Below are positions 51,299-59,173 of a stretch of DNA of 64,000 nucleotides, in pieces. Origin of the DNA: Blastocatellia bacterium (GTDB lineage Bacteria; Acidobacteriota; Blastocatellia; RBC074); NCBI GenBank assembly GCA_016789725.1, contig JAEUQN010000004.1, positions 99 through 64,098 on the forward strand. The letters are read 5' to 3'. Position 1 is the stretch's first letter. Every line of letters begins with the position of its first letter. The notes below the pieces were generated by a model. That model made no database searches. It was not told the origin of the DNA and was given only the letters and a program-made list of their open reading frames with translations. Position numbers and translations under genes: made by a program.

Positions 51299-51967
51299 TT
51301 AGGCCGTTGCTTGTCGTGGCAACTTGATGAACTTGGGTGTTGCAGATTTTGGTGCGGGCTGACGCAACGGCTGCGAGAACCGTTGTACTTCAGTGCGCTC
51401 CAAAAGTTGATTGGTGCGATAAATGATTTGTCGCTCAATCAGCGCCGCACTTTGCTGCGCGGGAATCAGATAGACCGGCCAATCCGCTTGGGCGATCATT
51501 TCGAGCCAGCGCGCTTCTGTCTTCGCCAGGAATGATTCAGACTGAACCCAATCTCGAATCGCAGCAGGATTCGTGGCCGCTTCAAAGTTCAATGCGCCAT
51601 TCCAGCCATCGGCTAAATCCGATTCCAGGACAAACGACAAATCGGGTTTGATGCGGGTTCGCACCACTTTTTTTCCGCGCGCCAGCTTAGGAAAGGGAAC
51701 ATCGGGCAGTTGATTGTGCCAGGGGGGTTCGCTATCAAAAAATCCTTCGGCGAGAACAGTGCAGCCGCCCTTCAGAGCTGTATCAATGACCGATAAGTGT
51801 TCAGCATGAATCGTTCTGCGTTGCGGCCCGGCTTGCGGCCAAAGCGGTTCGCGTAAATCCAAGACAGTGCGTCCGGCATCAATGAGATATTGCGCCAGAC
51901 GGTGCAGATGTTGTGTCCGATTACTGCCCGCGATTCCTTCAATCGTAATGAGTTTTCCATTCCGCAT
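51299..51967 (-). CDS. thymidylate-kinase-like protein with degenerate P-loop
   Basis: AAGGAG lies before ATG 51967. GKLITIEGIAGSNRTQ...VLDLREP parallels Tmk G.fI..EG.DG.GKST...REPGGT, but with D>A, G>N and K>R. Confidence 0.6.
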   Translation of the reverse strand: MRNGKLITIEGIAGSNRTQHLHRLAQYLIDAGRTVLDLREPLWPQAGPQRRTIHAEHLSVIDTALKGGCTVLAEGFFDSEPPWHNQLPDVPFPKLARGKKVVRTRIKPDLSFVLESDLADGWNGALNFEAATNPAAIRDWVQSESFLAKTEARWLEMIAQADWPVYLIPAQQSAALIERQIIYRTNQLLERTEVQRFSQPLRQPAPKSATPKFIKLPRQATA

Positions 51968-52080
51968 AGCATTTTCTCCTTCGTTGATTGCGTGGGCGTT
52001 TCTGCCCGGAGTTGATTGCTTCTGCTTTCGTTTCCCAGCAAAACAGGAGCAAGGTTTGCCGCTGTGATTCCAGCGACATT

Positions 52081-52947
52081 TCATCCAATTCGTCGTGTGT
52101 GTTTTTTGTAGTATTCCATCGCCAGCAAAATGCTGAACGAGATCAGTGCCAGCACCAATGCCATCGCGTTCGCGCCCACTTCATTGCGATCATCCAGCGA
52201 GCGAAAAATGAATAACGTTGCGGTTTCGGTTAACCGACTGACGCTGCCGCTGACCACCAGCACTGCACCGAATTCGCCGAGCGCACGCGCGAACGTGAGC
52301 GTCACGCCATACAGCAAACCCCATTGAATATTGGGCAGCGTGATGTGCCAGAACGTTTGCCAATAGCTTGCGCCGAGTGTGTAGGCCGCGTGTTCCTGCT
52401 CTTCACCCAAATGAATCAGGACAGGAACGATTTCGCGCACTACGAAAGGCAGCGAAACAAAGATCGTCGCCAGCAACATCCCCGGCAACGCGAATACGAT
52501 TTTGAGATTCGCCGCTTCCAACCACGACGCAAACCAGCCGTTGCGACCAAACAACAAAATCAACATGAAGCCCGCAATCACAGGGGAAACCGCGAACGGC
52601 AAATCTACGATACTGTTTATGAAGGATTTTCCTTTGAACTTGTCGCGCGCCAGCACCCACGCGATGCACAAACCAAACAACGTATTGATGACCGTTGCCG
52701 CGACGGCCATCAACAGCGTCAACCACAAAGCATTTAAGGCCGCCGCCGAAGTCAGTTCGCGCCATAACGCGCCCGCCCCCGAAGCAAACGCGCCACCAAT
52801 GACAGCCACCAACGGGCCGCCCAATAAAAACGCGGCGTACAGCACAACGACAGCGATTAGCAACCACGCCAATTTGCCCGGACGCGCGCTGCGTGAATGC
52901 GGCATAAAATCCGTCGCCGCCGGAATGGTTGTTTCAAGCTGCGACAT
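52081..52947 (-). CDS. cysW: sulfate ABC transporter permease CysW
   Basis: Typical CysW sequence (FKGKSFINSIVDLPFAVSPVIAG, EEQEHAAYTLGAS). The start at 52947 overlaps the cysT end. Confidence 0.9.
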   Translation of the reverse strand: MSQLETTIPAATDFMPHSRSARPGKLAWLLIAVVVLYAAFLLGGPLVAVIGGAFASGAGALWRELTSAAALNALWLTLLMAVAATVINTLFGLCIAWVLARDKFKGKSFINSIVDLPFAVSPVIAGFMLILLFGRNGWFASWLEAANLKIVFALPGMLLATIFVSLPFVVREIVPVLIHLGEEQEHAAYTLGASYWQTFWHITLPNIQWGLLYGVTLTFARALGEFGAVLVVSGSVSRLTETATLFIFRSLDDRNEVGANAMALVLALISFSILLAMEYYKKHTRRIG

Positions 52948-53791
52948 GCGTGACTCCTTTGCGTCGTTGCAACCAATCCACAGCAAACATCAATGCGAAT
53001 GACAACACCAATAACAATAGCGAAACCGCGCTTGCGCCGTGCTGATTCTGCGATTCGATTTGCCCGAAGATGTACACCGGAGCCGTCAGCGTGCGTCCCG
53101 GAATATTGCCCGCGACAATCACAATTGAACCGAATTCACCGAGCGCCCGCGCAAAGCACAGCAGCGCGCCGGTCATCATCGCCGGACGAATCGCGGGAAG
53201 AATGATGTGCAAAAATGTTTTCCATTCCGACGCGCCGAGCGTCCACGCCGCTTCTTCTTCCGTGCGATCAATCTCCATCAGCACGGGCTGCACGGTGCGA
53301 ATCACGAACGGATACGTGACGAACAACAGCGCCATCACAATGCCCGGCGTCGCAAAAATCACTTGCACGCCGTGTGCTTCCAACCACGCGCCGAGTGTGC
53401 GTTGCGGCCCGTATAGAACAACCAGCATCACGCCCGCGACCAGTGTCGGAATCGCAAACGGCAAATCAATAATGCTATTCAGCAAACGCCGCCCAAAGAA
53501 TTCATAGCGCACCAGCACATACGCCGTCAGCGTTCCCATCAACGTATTGATGACCGTCATCGCAATCGCCGCTGTCAACGTGAGTTTGAGCGCCCCCCAC
53601 GCTAACGGATTCGTCACATCGTTGAGGAACGCGGCCAGTCCATTGCTGAATCCGTGTTGCAGCATCGCCGCTAGTGGAAGCAGCAAAATCAAACTTAGAT
53701 ACAACACGGCAATGGCGCGCAAACTCCATTTGCCCCACGGACAAACGGTCGCGGACTGCAAGGCTTTGAGATGTATTGCGGATGCGCTCAT
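52934..53791 (-). CDS. cysT: sulfate ABC transporter permease CysT
   Basis: FFGRRLLNSIIDLPFAIPTLVAG and EEAAWTLGASEW. 4-nt overlap with the sbp stop. Confidence 0.9.
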   Translation of the reverse strand: MSASAIHLKALQSATVCPWGKWSLRAIAVLYLSLILLLPLAAMLQHGFSNGLAAFLNDVTNPLAWGALKLTLTAAIAMTVINTLMGTLTAYVLVRYEFFGRRLLNSIIDLPFAIPTLVAGVMLVVLYGPQRTLGAWLEAHGVQVIFATPGIVMALLFVTYPFVIRTVQPVLMEIDRTEEEAAWTLGASEWKTFLHIILPAIRPAMMTGALLCFARALGEFGSIVIVAGNIPGRTLTAPVYIFGQIESQNQHGASAVSLLLLVLSFALMFAVDWLQRRKGVTHVAA

Positions 53792-54840
53792 TTTGCGTTG
53801 TAGAGTTCAGCAAAGACTTTCGTATACGCGCCTTGCGCGCCGTAAATATCGGCTTCGACTTTTTTCCACCCACCGAGGAAATCAATGTCCCATAAATCCT
53901 CGACAGGCGGATATTGCGCCTGCACTTCTTTGGCAATATCGGAATCAAGCGGGCGCAAGCCGTATTTCGCGTAAGCACGCTGTGCTTCTTTGCTGCTCAA
54001 AAATTGGATGAAGGCTTCGGCCACTTCGCGCACACCATGCTTGTCGGCATACTTGTCTATAAGTGCAACCGGGTTCTCAATCAGGATGGTCGAGCGCGGA
54101 ATCACGTAGTCATATTGTTGCCCAGCTTGTCGTCCGACCAGCACTTCGTTTTCGTATGTGATCGCTACATCGCCGACGCCTTTTTCAAAATTCGTGATGG
54201 ATTCGCGCCCGCCTTTGTCCAGAATTGTCACGTTGCGAAAGACATCTTTCAGAAAGCCCGCCGCCGCACTCACATCGCCTTTCGGCACACCTGCAAAGCC
54301 ACGTAGCGCTGCCCCGTACATCGCGTTTACATTCCATTGTGCGCCACCCGAAGTTTTTGGATCAGGCGTCAACACATTGACGCCCGCTTTGGTCAAATCC
54401 GTCCAGTCACGAATCTGTTTCGGATTGCCCGGCCTCACCGCTAACACCACAATCGAAGTGCTGACGATGCCGCGATTCCCATTGGCTTTCCAATCGTGCG
54501 TAATCAATCCGGCTTCGGCGATGTCGTCTATGTCGCCCTCCAGCGAAAGCGCGGCAATGTCGGCTTCAAAGCCGCTGGCAATCGCACGCGCTTGTGCGCC
54601 ACTGGCTTGATAGGATTCCTGAAACTCGACGTCCTGCCCGGTTTTCTCTTTCCAGTATTTTTGAAACGCAGGCAAAATCGCTTTGCCATACGCTTCGCGC
54701 GGCGTCGTGTACGCGCCCAGCACCAATGTCACCTTCTTGCTGTTCGCCGTCGTCGCATCACTCTGGCACGCGCTCAGGAATGAGAGGCTAAACAATAAGC
54801 ACAAACACAAAAAGATTCGGTTGTTCGGATGCAGTCGCAT
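53788..54840 (-). CDS. sbp: sulfate/thiosulfate ABC transporter substrate-binding protein
   Basis: Lipoprotein-like leader (LSFLSACQS). Sbp/CysP blocks YTTPREAY, SGAQARAI, NVLTPDPKTSGGAQWN. Confidence 0.9.
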   Translation of the reverse strand: MRLHPNNRIFLCLCLLFSLSFLSACQSDATTANSKKVTLVLGAYTTPREAYGKAILPAFQKYWKEKTGQDVEFQESYQASGAQARAIASGFEADIAALSLEGDIDDIAEAGLITHDWKANGNRGIVSTSIVVLAVRPGNPKQIRDWTDLTKAGVNVLTPDPKTSGGAQWNVNAMYGAALRGFAGVPKGDVSAAAGFLKDVFRNVTILDKGGRESITNFEKGVGDVAITYENEVLVGRQAGQQYDYVIPRSTILIENPVALIDKYADKHGVREVAEAFIQFLSSKEAQRAYAKYGLRPLDSDIAKEVQAQYPPVEDLWDIDFLGGWKKVEADIYGAQGAYTKVFAELYNAK

Positions 54841-54857
54841 TCGCTTCTCTTCTATTG

Positions 54858-54874
54858 CCTAGTAAATAACTAGG
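54858..54874. promoter_or_regulatory. 17-bp perfect palindrome upstream of sbp (candidate operator)
   Basis: CCTAGTAAATAACTAGG lies 18-34 nt upstream of the sbp ATG and directly downstream of the Rrf2 gene. Confidence 0.35.
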
Positions 54875-54931
54875 AGTTTGGGGCAAACAAAAACAAAAAC
54901 TACGTTCGAGAAAAAATTGTCTGGGGATGAT

Positions 54932-55384
54932 TTATTTACGTGAGGCTGTTTTTAGGTCAATCACCTTCGGGCGACTGACCGGCGTACATAAGTCCGCAAT
55001 GGTCGTTTGATCCAGCACGCCGAGCATTGCGGCGCGCGTGCGTGCCCACAGCGTTTTTAGTCCACAACCATCTTCAAATTCGCACGGTTCGTAATCCGAA
55101 GTGCTGACACAGCCCATCGGAGCGATACGACCGTCCAGAGTGCGAATGACTTCGCCCGCCGTGATTAAAGTTGCCGGACGCATCAGGCGATACCCGCCGC
55201 CGACGCCCACTTGACCGCTAATAATTCCGGCTTCTTTTAGGGTTTTCAGGATTTGCTCCAAGTATTTCACAGGAACGCTCCACTTCTCCGCGATTTCGCG
55301 GGCAGGCGTCGCTTCATGACTGTTTTTGCCAGCCAGGTAAATCAGCGCGCGCAACCCATATTCGCTTTTGGTGGAGACGTTCAT
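54932..55384 (-). CDS. Rrf2 family transcriptional regulator with three-Cys cluster motif (IscR/CymR-like)
   Basis: MNVSTKSEYGLRALIYLA winged helix, followed by C-x9-C-x5-C (GCVSTSDYEPCEFEDGCG). Confidence 0.9.
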   Translation of the reverse strand: MNVSTKSEYGLRALIYLAGKNSHEATPAREIAEKWSVPVKYLEQILKTLKEAGIISGQVGVGGGYRLMRPATLITAGEVIRTLDGRIAPMGCVSTSDYEPCEFEDGCGLKTLWARTRAAMLGVLDQTTIADLCTPVSRPKVIDLKTASRK

Positions 55385-55493
55385 ACCTAATTCCCATTAA
55401 GACAGTGGGAGTTTTACACCAAACAAAAATATGCGTCAACGGCTAACTCATCTTTTTTCGCGCACCCGTTACGTTTTACGAAACTGGTGTCCG

Positions 55494-56186
55494 TTAGACT
55501 TCCAGTTTTACGGTTGGTTTGGTGTTGGGAAAGATTTTTTCTACGGCGGCTTGCTTGGGCATTCCATACGCATTCACGGGCTGCGAACGATTGACCCACA
55601 ACGTGTAATACAGGTGATCGGCGCGCGGATCAGTGGTGTTCGGATGCAACAGAATGGTCAGGCCCAAACTATTAAGCTGTAACCACGGCACAATGATCGG
55701 CAACAGGTCGTTGGTGAAACCGAAATAGAACGATGGTGTGACGTGCGGGCCGCGCGGTTCCAGATTCCAATTGCCTAATTCCACGGGAAAGCGTTCAAGA
55801 GACCACTTGCGCACGAGCGCCGCTTTCTCGTAGCTATCTTCGTCGAAGTAAAAATGCGCGTGATAGCTCTTGATATCTGTGTAGGGGCGCGGTGCTTTGG
55901 GCAAGCCCGCCTCTTCGCCCGGTCGAATGTTTTTCGGACGCGGCGTCAGTTCCTTGATCGTTTCGTAACCCCACGGACTCTTGCCCACATCGGGCGGCGG
56001 CACAATTGGCTTGAACGATAAACCATTAGCGGCGGCATCTTGTGCTTCAGCTTCAATGTTGCCTGCTGTTAATCCGGCAGCAGTTAGTCCTGCACCAATG
56101 ATGAAGTTGCGACGTGTCGGCGCAAGCCAATCCGCCCACGCTTGATCCTCTTCTGTGTTTTGAATGATTCGTTCTTCGCTCGACAT
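55494..56186 (-). CDS. Tat-leader DOPA 4,5-dioxygenase family (DODA-like) protein
   Basis: Leader TRRNFIIGAGLTAAGLTAG. Core YHAHFYFDE...GPHVTPSF...VPWLQLNSLGLTILLHPNT...DH matches the DOPA_dioxygen family pattern (from memory). Confidence 0.7.
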   Translation of the reverse strand: MSSEERIIQNTEEDQAWADWLAPTRRNFIIGAGLTAAGLTAGNIEAEAQDAAANGLSFKPIVPPPDVGKSPWGYETIKELTPRPKNIRPGEEAGLPKAPRPYTDIKSYHAHFYFDEDSYEKAALVRKWSLERFPVELGNWNLEPRGPHVTPSFYFGFTNDLLPIIVPWLQLNSLGLTILLHPNTTDPRADHLYYTLWVNRSQPVNAYGMPKQAAVEKIFPNTKPTVKLEV

Positions 56187-56211
56187 AAATGCCTCCTCGT
56201 TTCGATGTTCA

Positions 56212-58215
56212 CTAAATCAATCCTGCACCGCGTCCGTTTTTGAGATTCCAGATCGCGGCGATCAGCGCATCAATTTCTTCGCAGGTGTTATAAAACGCGA
56301 GCGACGGACGGACGGTGCTTTCCACGCCGAAGCGCCGCAAAATCGGTTGCGCGCAATGATGACCGGTGCGCACAGCAATCCCCTCTTTGTTCAGCGCCTG
56401 TCCGACTTCATCGTTGGTAAAGCCGTCTAATACGAACGACAACACGCTCGCCTTTTCGCGCGCCGTGCCGATCAAACGCAAGCCGGGGATGCGCTGCAAT
56501 CCTTCGGTCGCATAGACCAGCAAATCGTGTTCGTAGCGTGCGATGTTTTCCATCCCGATGCGATCTACATAATCAATCGCTGCACCTAAACCGACCGCAT
56601 CGGCAATGCTGCCCGTACCAGCTTCAAAGCGGAACGGCGCAGGATGGTAGACCGTTTTCTCGAACGTCACATCCACGATCATATTGCCGCCGCCTTGCCA
56701 CGGAGGCGTCGCTTGCAGCACGTCTTCTTTGCCGTAGACTACGCCAATGCCCGTTGGCGCGAAAACCTTGTGACCAGAGAAAACATAAAAATCGCAGTCG
56801 TAAGCCTGCACGTCTACGCGCATGTGCGAAACAGCTTGCGCACCGTCCACCAGCACTTTTGCGCCGTAGCGATGCGCGATGGCGACCATTTCTGGCACGG
56901 GCGTGACCGTGCCAAGCGCGTTGGAGACTTGTGCAAAAGCCACAAGTTTTGTTTTTGGCCCCAGCAGTTTTTCGTATTCGTCGAGCAGAACCTGCCCGCT
57001 GTTGTCTACCGGAGCGACACGCAATCGTGCGCCTTTTTCGGCACACAACATTTGCCACGGCACGATGTTGGCGTGATGCTCCAAATGGCTCACGACAATC
57101 TCATCGCCTTCGTGGATGTTTTGTGCGCCCCAGCTTTTGGCGACGAGGTTAATCGCCTCTGTCGCCCCACGCACGAACACGATTTCGCGCGTCGAGCTGG
57201 CGTTTAGAAAGCGCCGCACTTTTTCGCGCGCTCCGTCATACGCATCGGTCGAGCGCGCCGCCAATTCGTGTGCGGCGCGATGCACGTTGGAATTTTCGTG
57301 TTCGTAAAAATACTTCAGACGATCAATCACTGCTTGCGGTTTTTGCGTCGTCGCCGCGTTGTCTAACCAAATCAACGGACGCCCGTTGACACGCTCCTGC
57401 AAAATCGGAAAGTCGCGCCGCACCGCATTCACATCGAACAATCCAACTGACAAGGCGGATTGCGGCGGCAAATTCGGATCGTTGCCAACTGGTTCCAGAA
57501 CAGGCGCAACTGCTGTGAGCGAACGCGCAGAATCCAAAAACGGAAACGACGTCGCATCGTAACCACGTGGCACAGGCGCACCCGGAATTTGCGGCGTAGC
57601 GACTGAAGCAACAGGCATCGTCGGAACCAATGTTGGCGCGTGTCCCGGCAACGTCGGCGCATATCCACGCACTTCGGTTTCGGTCGGCAGCTTGATGGCA
57701 GGCATCGCCACTTGCTCTGTCTGCTTCACCGTTTGCTCAAACAGAGAACGCGCTTCGCTCAAAAATCCAAACGAAGGCACATCCGAAAAATCTGCTGCCG
57801 ACGCGCCGCCGGGAATGCCGAGCGCGTTGGGTTCGGCCAACAGAAGCTGCGCCGGGGAAGTGGGAATCGTCGTGCCGCTGATGCCCGCCGCTTCAGCCGC
57901 CACTTTGTGCAACTCTGCTTCTGTGAGATGCGGCGGTGCAGAGATAGCAGACAGATGCGGCGCGACACCAAACGGAGAATAGGTCGCAGGCGGCGCAGCG
58001 CGTGTCGGCAGATTTGTCAGCGCGGCTTCTGGCGTTTGCGGAATGTTTGGCGCGGGCAATTCACTCGCAGCGCCCTGTTGCTGCAACCCCTGATAAATCT
58101 GATTGGCAAAGCGCGCCAAGACCGTTGGATCAGGCAAGCCAGCGGCCAAGGCTTGTGCTGCGCCAGACAAATCCGCCGCAATGTCTTCGGGCGTGAAATT
58201 AGTATTTGTACTCAT
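56212..58215 (-). CDS. cysteine desulfurase (SufS/CsdA-like class V PLP enzyme) with ~255-aa disordered N-terminal encapsulin-loading domain
   Basis: Start at ATG 58215 (MSTNTNF). The N-terminal part is Pro/Ala-rich and contains LARFANQIY. The C-terminal part has RDFPIL...IWLDNAATTQKP, SGHKVFAPTGIG (PLP Lys) and RTGHHCAQP (catalytic Cys). Confidence 0.9.
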   Translation of the reverse strand: MSTNTNFTPEDIAADLSGAAQALAAGLPDPTVLARFANQIYQGLQQQGAASELPAPNIPQTPEAALTNLPTRAAPPATYSPFGVAPHLSAISAPPHLTEAELHKVAAEAAGISGTTIPTSPAQLLLAEPNALGIPGGASAADFSDVPSFGFLSEARSLFEQTVKQTEQVAMPAIKLPTETEVRGYAPTLPGHAPTLVPTMPVASVATPQIPGAPVPRGYDATSFPFLDSARSLTAVAPVLEPVGNDPNLPPQSALSVGLFDVNAVRRDFPILQERVNGRPLIWLDNAATTQKPQAVIDRLKYFYEHENSNVHRAAHELAARSTDAYDGAREKVRRFLNASSTREIVFVRGATEAINLVAKSWGAQNIHEGDEIVVSHLEHHANIVPWQMLCAEKGARLRVAPVDNSGQVLLDEYEKLLGPKTKLVAFAQVSNALGTVTPVPEMVAIAHRYGAKVLVDGAQAVSHMRVDVQAYDCDFYVFSGHKVFAPTGIGVVYGKEDVLQATPPWQGGGNMIVDVTFEKTVYHPAPFRFEAGTGSIADAVGLGAAIDYVDRIGMENIARYEHDLLVYATEGLQRIPGLRLIGTAREKASVLSFVLDGFTNDEVGQALNKEGIAVRTGHHCAQPILRRFGVESTVRPSLAFYNTCEEIDALIAAIWNLKNGRGAGLI

Positions 58216-59146
58216 GATAGTTTCCGACTTCCACGTCATCGAGGGCAGCAATCGCATCGTCCGTCAGAATCGCGGCGGAGCAATACAACGACACCAGATA
58301 TGAACCAACTGCATTGTGATTCAGGCCCATAAATCGCACGGACAGTCCCGGCGTTTGTTCGCCCGGCAAGCCCGGTTGATACAGTCCGACAACACCTTGT
58401 TTTTGCTCGCCAACGCGCAACAACAAAATGCTAGTCTTGCCGCCTTCGCCCACAGCCGGAGCTGTTTTGCCGTCCACCATTAACTTATCAGTTGGAACTA
58501 AAGGAATGCCGCGCCACGTCAAAAATGATGAACCGAACAATGTTGCCGTCGGCGGAGGCACGCCGCGTCGTGTGCATTCGCGTCCGAACGCCGCAATCGC
58601 GCGCGGATGCGCCAGAAAGAACGATGGTTCTTTCCACACTTTAGAAATCAAATCATCCAGATCATCCGGCGTCGGCGGTCCTTTGCGCGTTTTGATGCGC
58701 TGTGCGGCAGGCACGTTTTTCAGCAAGCCGTAATCGTCGTTGTTAATGAGTTCGCTTTCCTGCCGTTCTTTGACAGTTTCGATGGTCAAGCGCAATTGCT
58801 CTTTGATTTGATCGTATGGATTGCTGTACAGGTCAGACGTGCGCGTGTGAACGTCCAGCAAGGCCGAGATGGAATTCAGCGTGTATTCACGCGGCTTTTC
58901 TTCATACGGCACATAAGTGTCGGGTAATGGCTGGGTTTCTTCCTGCCCGCAAACAACATCTACCGGATTATCGCTGACGACGCGATTGACGCGCAGCGTG
59001 CCTGCTTCGAGGGGTTTCCAATCCAGCAACCGCACCAGCCAGCGCGGCGTGATTGCGCCATACTGCGGCGGGGTTTTCGTGACATTGGCCAATTGATAGG
59101 CCGCTTGATCGCTGAGGGTGTGACGTACTTTATCGTTCTTAGCCAT
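58199..59146 (-). CDS. Family 2A encapsulin shell protein (HK97-fold, SrpI/MMP-I-like)
   Basis: 315 aa. Full-length block similarity (from memory) to Family 2A encapsulins: ITPRWLVRLLDWKPLEAGTLRVNRVV, PREYTLNSISALLDVHTRTSDLY, QLRLTIETVKERQESEL, PTPDDLDDLISKVWKEPSFFLAHPRAIAAFGRECTRRGVPPP, KQGVVGLYQPGLPGEQTPGLSVRFMG. No cNMP-binding insertion. Confidence 0.9.
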   Translation of the reverse strand: MAKNDKVRHTLSDQAAYQLANVTKTPPQYGAITPRWLVRLLDWKPLEAGTLRVNRVVSDNPVDVVCGQEETQPLPDTYVPYEEKPREYTLNSISALLDVHTRTSDLYSNPYDQIKEQLRLTIETVKERQESELINNDDYGLLKNVPAAQRIKTRKGPPTPDDLDDLISKVWKEPSFFLAHPRAIAAFGRECTRRGVPPPTATLFGSSFLTWRGIPLVPTDKLMVDGKTAPAVGEGGKTSILLLRVGEQKQGVVGLYQPGLPGEQTPGLSVRFMGLNHNAVGSYLVSLYCSAAILTDDAIAALDDVEVGNYHEYKY

Positions 59147-59159
59147 GATCTTTCCCTGG

Positions 59160-59173
59160 GAGAAATATTTCTC
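59160..59173. promoter_or_regulatory. 14-bp perfect palindrome just upstream of the encapsulin start (candidate operator)
   Basis: GAGAAATATTTCTC lies 14-27 nt upstream of ATG 59146. CTCGTAG is repeated at 59171 and 59221 (50 nt apart). Confidence 0.3.

Noticed and set aside
58199-58215. 17-nt overlap of encapsulin stop and desulfurase start as a possible programmed frameshift or shell-cargo fusion
   Set aside because: There is an ordinary ATG in the +1 frame within ...CATGAGTAC..., and no slippery heptamer or downstream structure was noticed. Overlapping start/stop coupling is sufficient to explain it.
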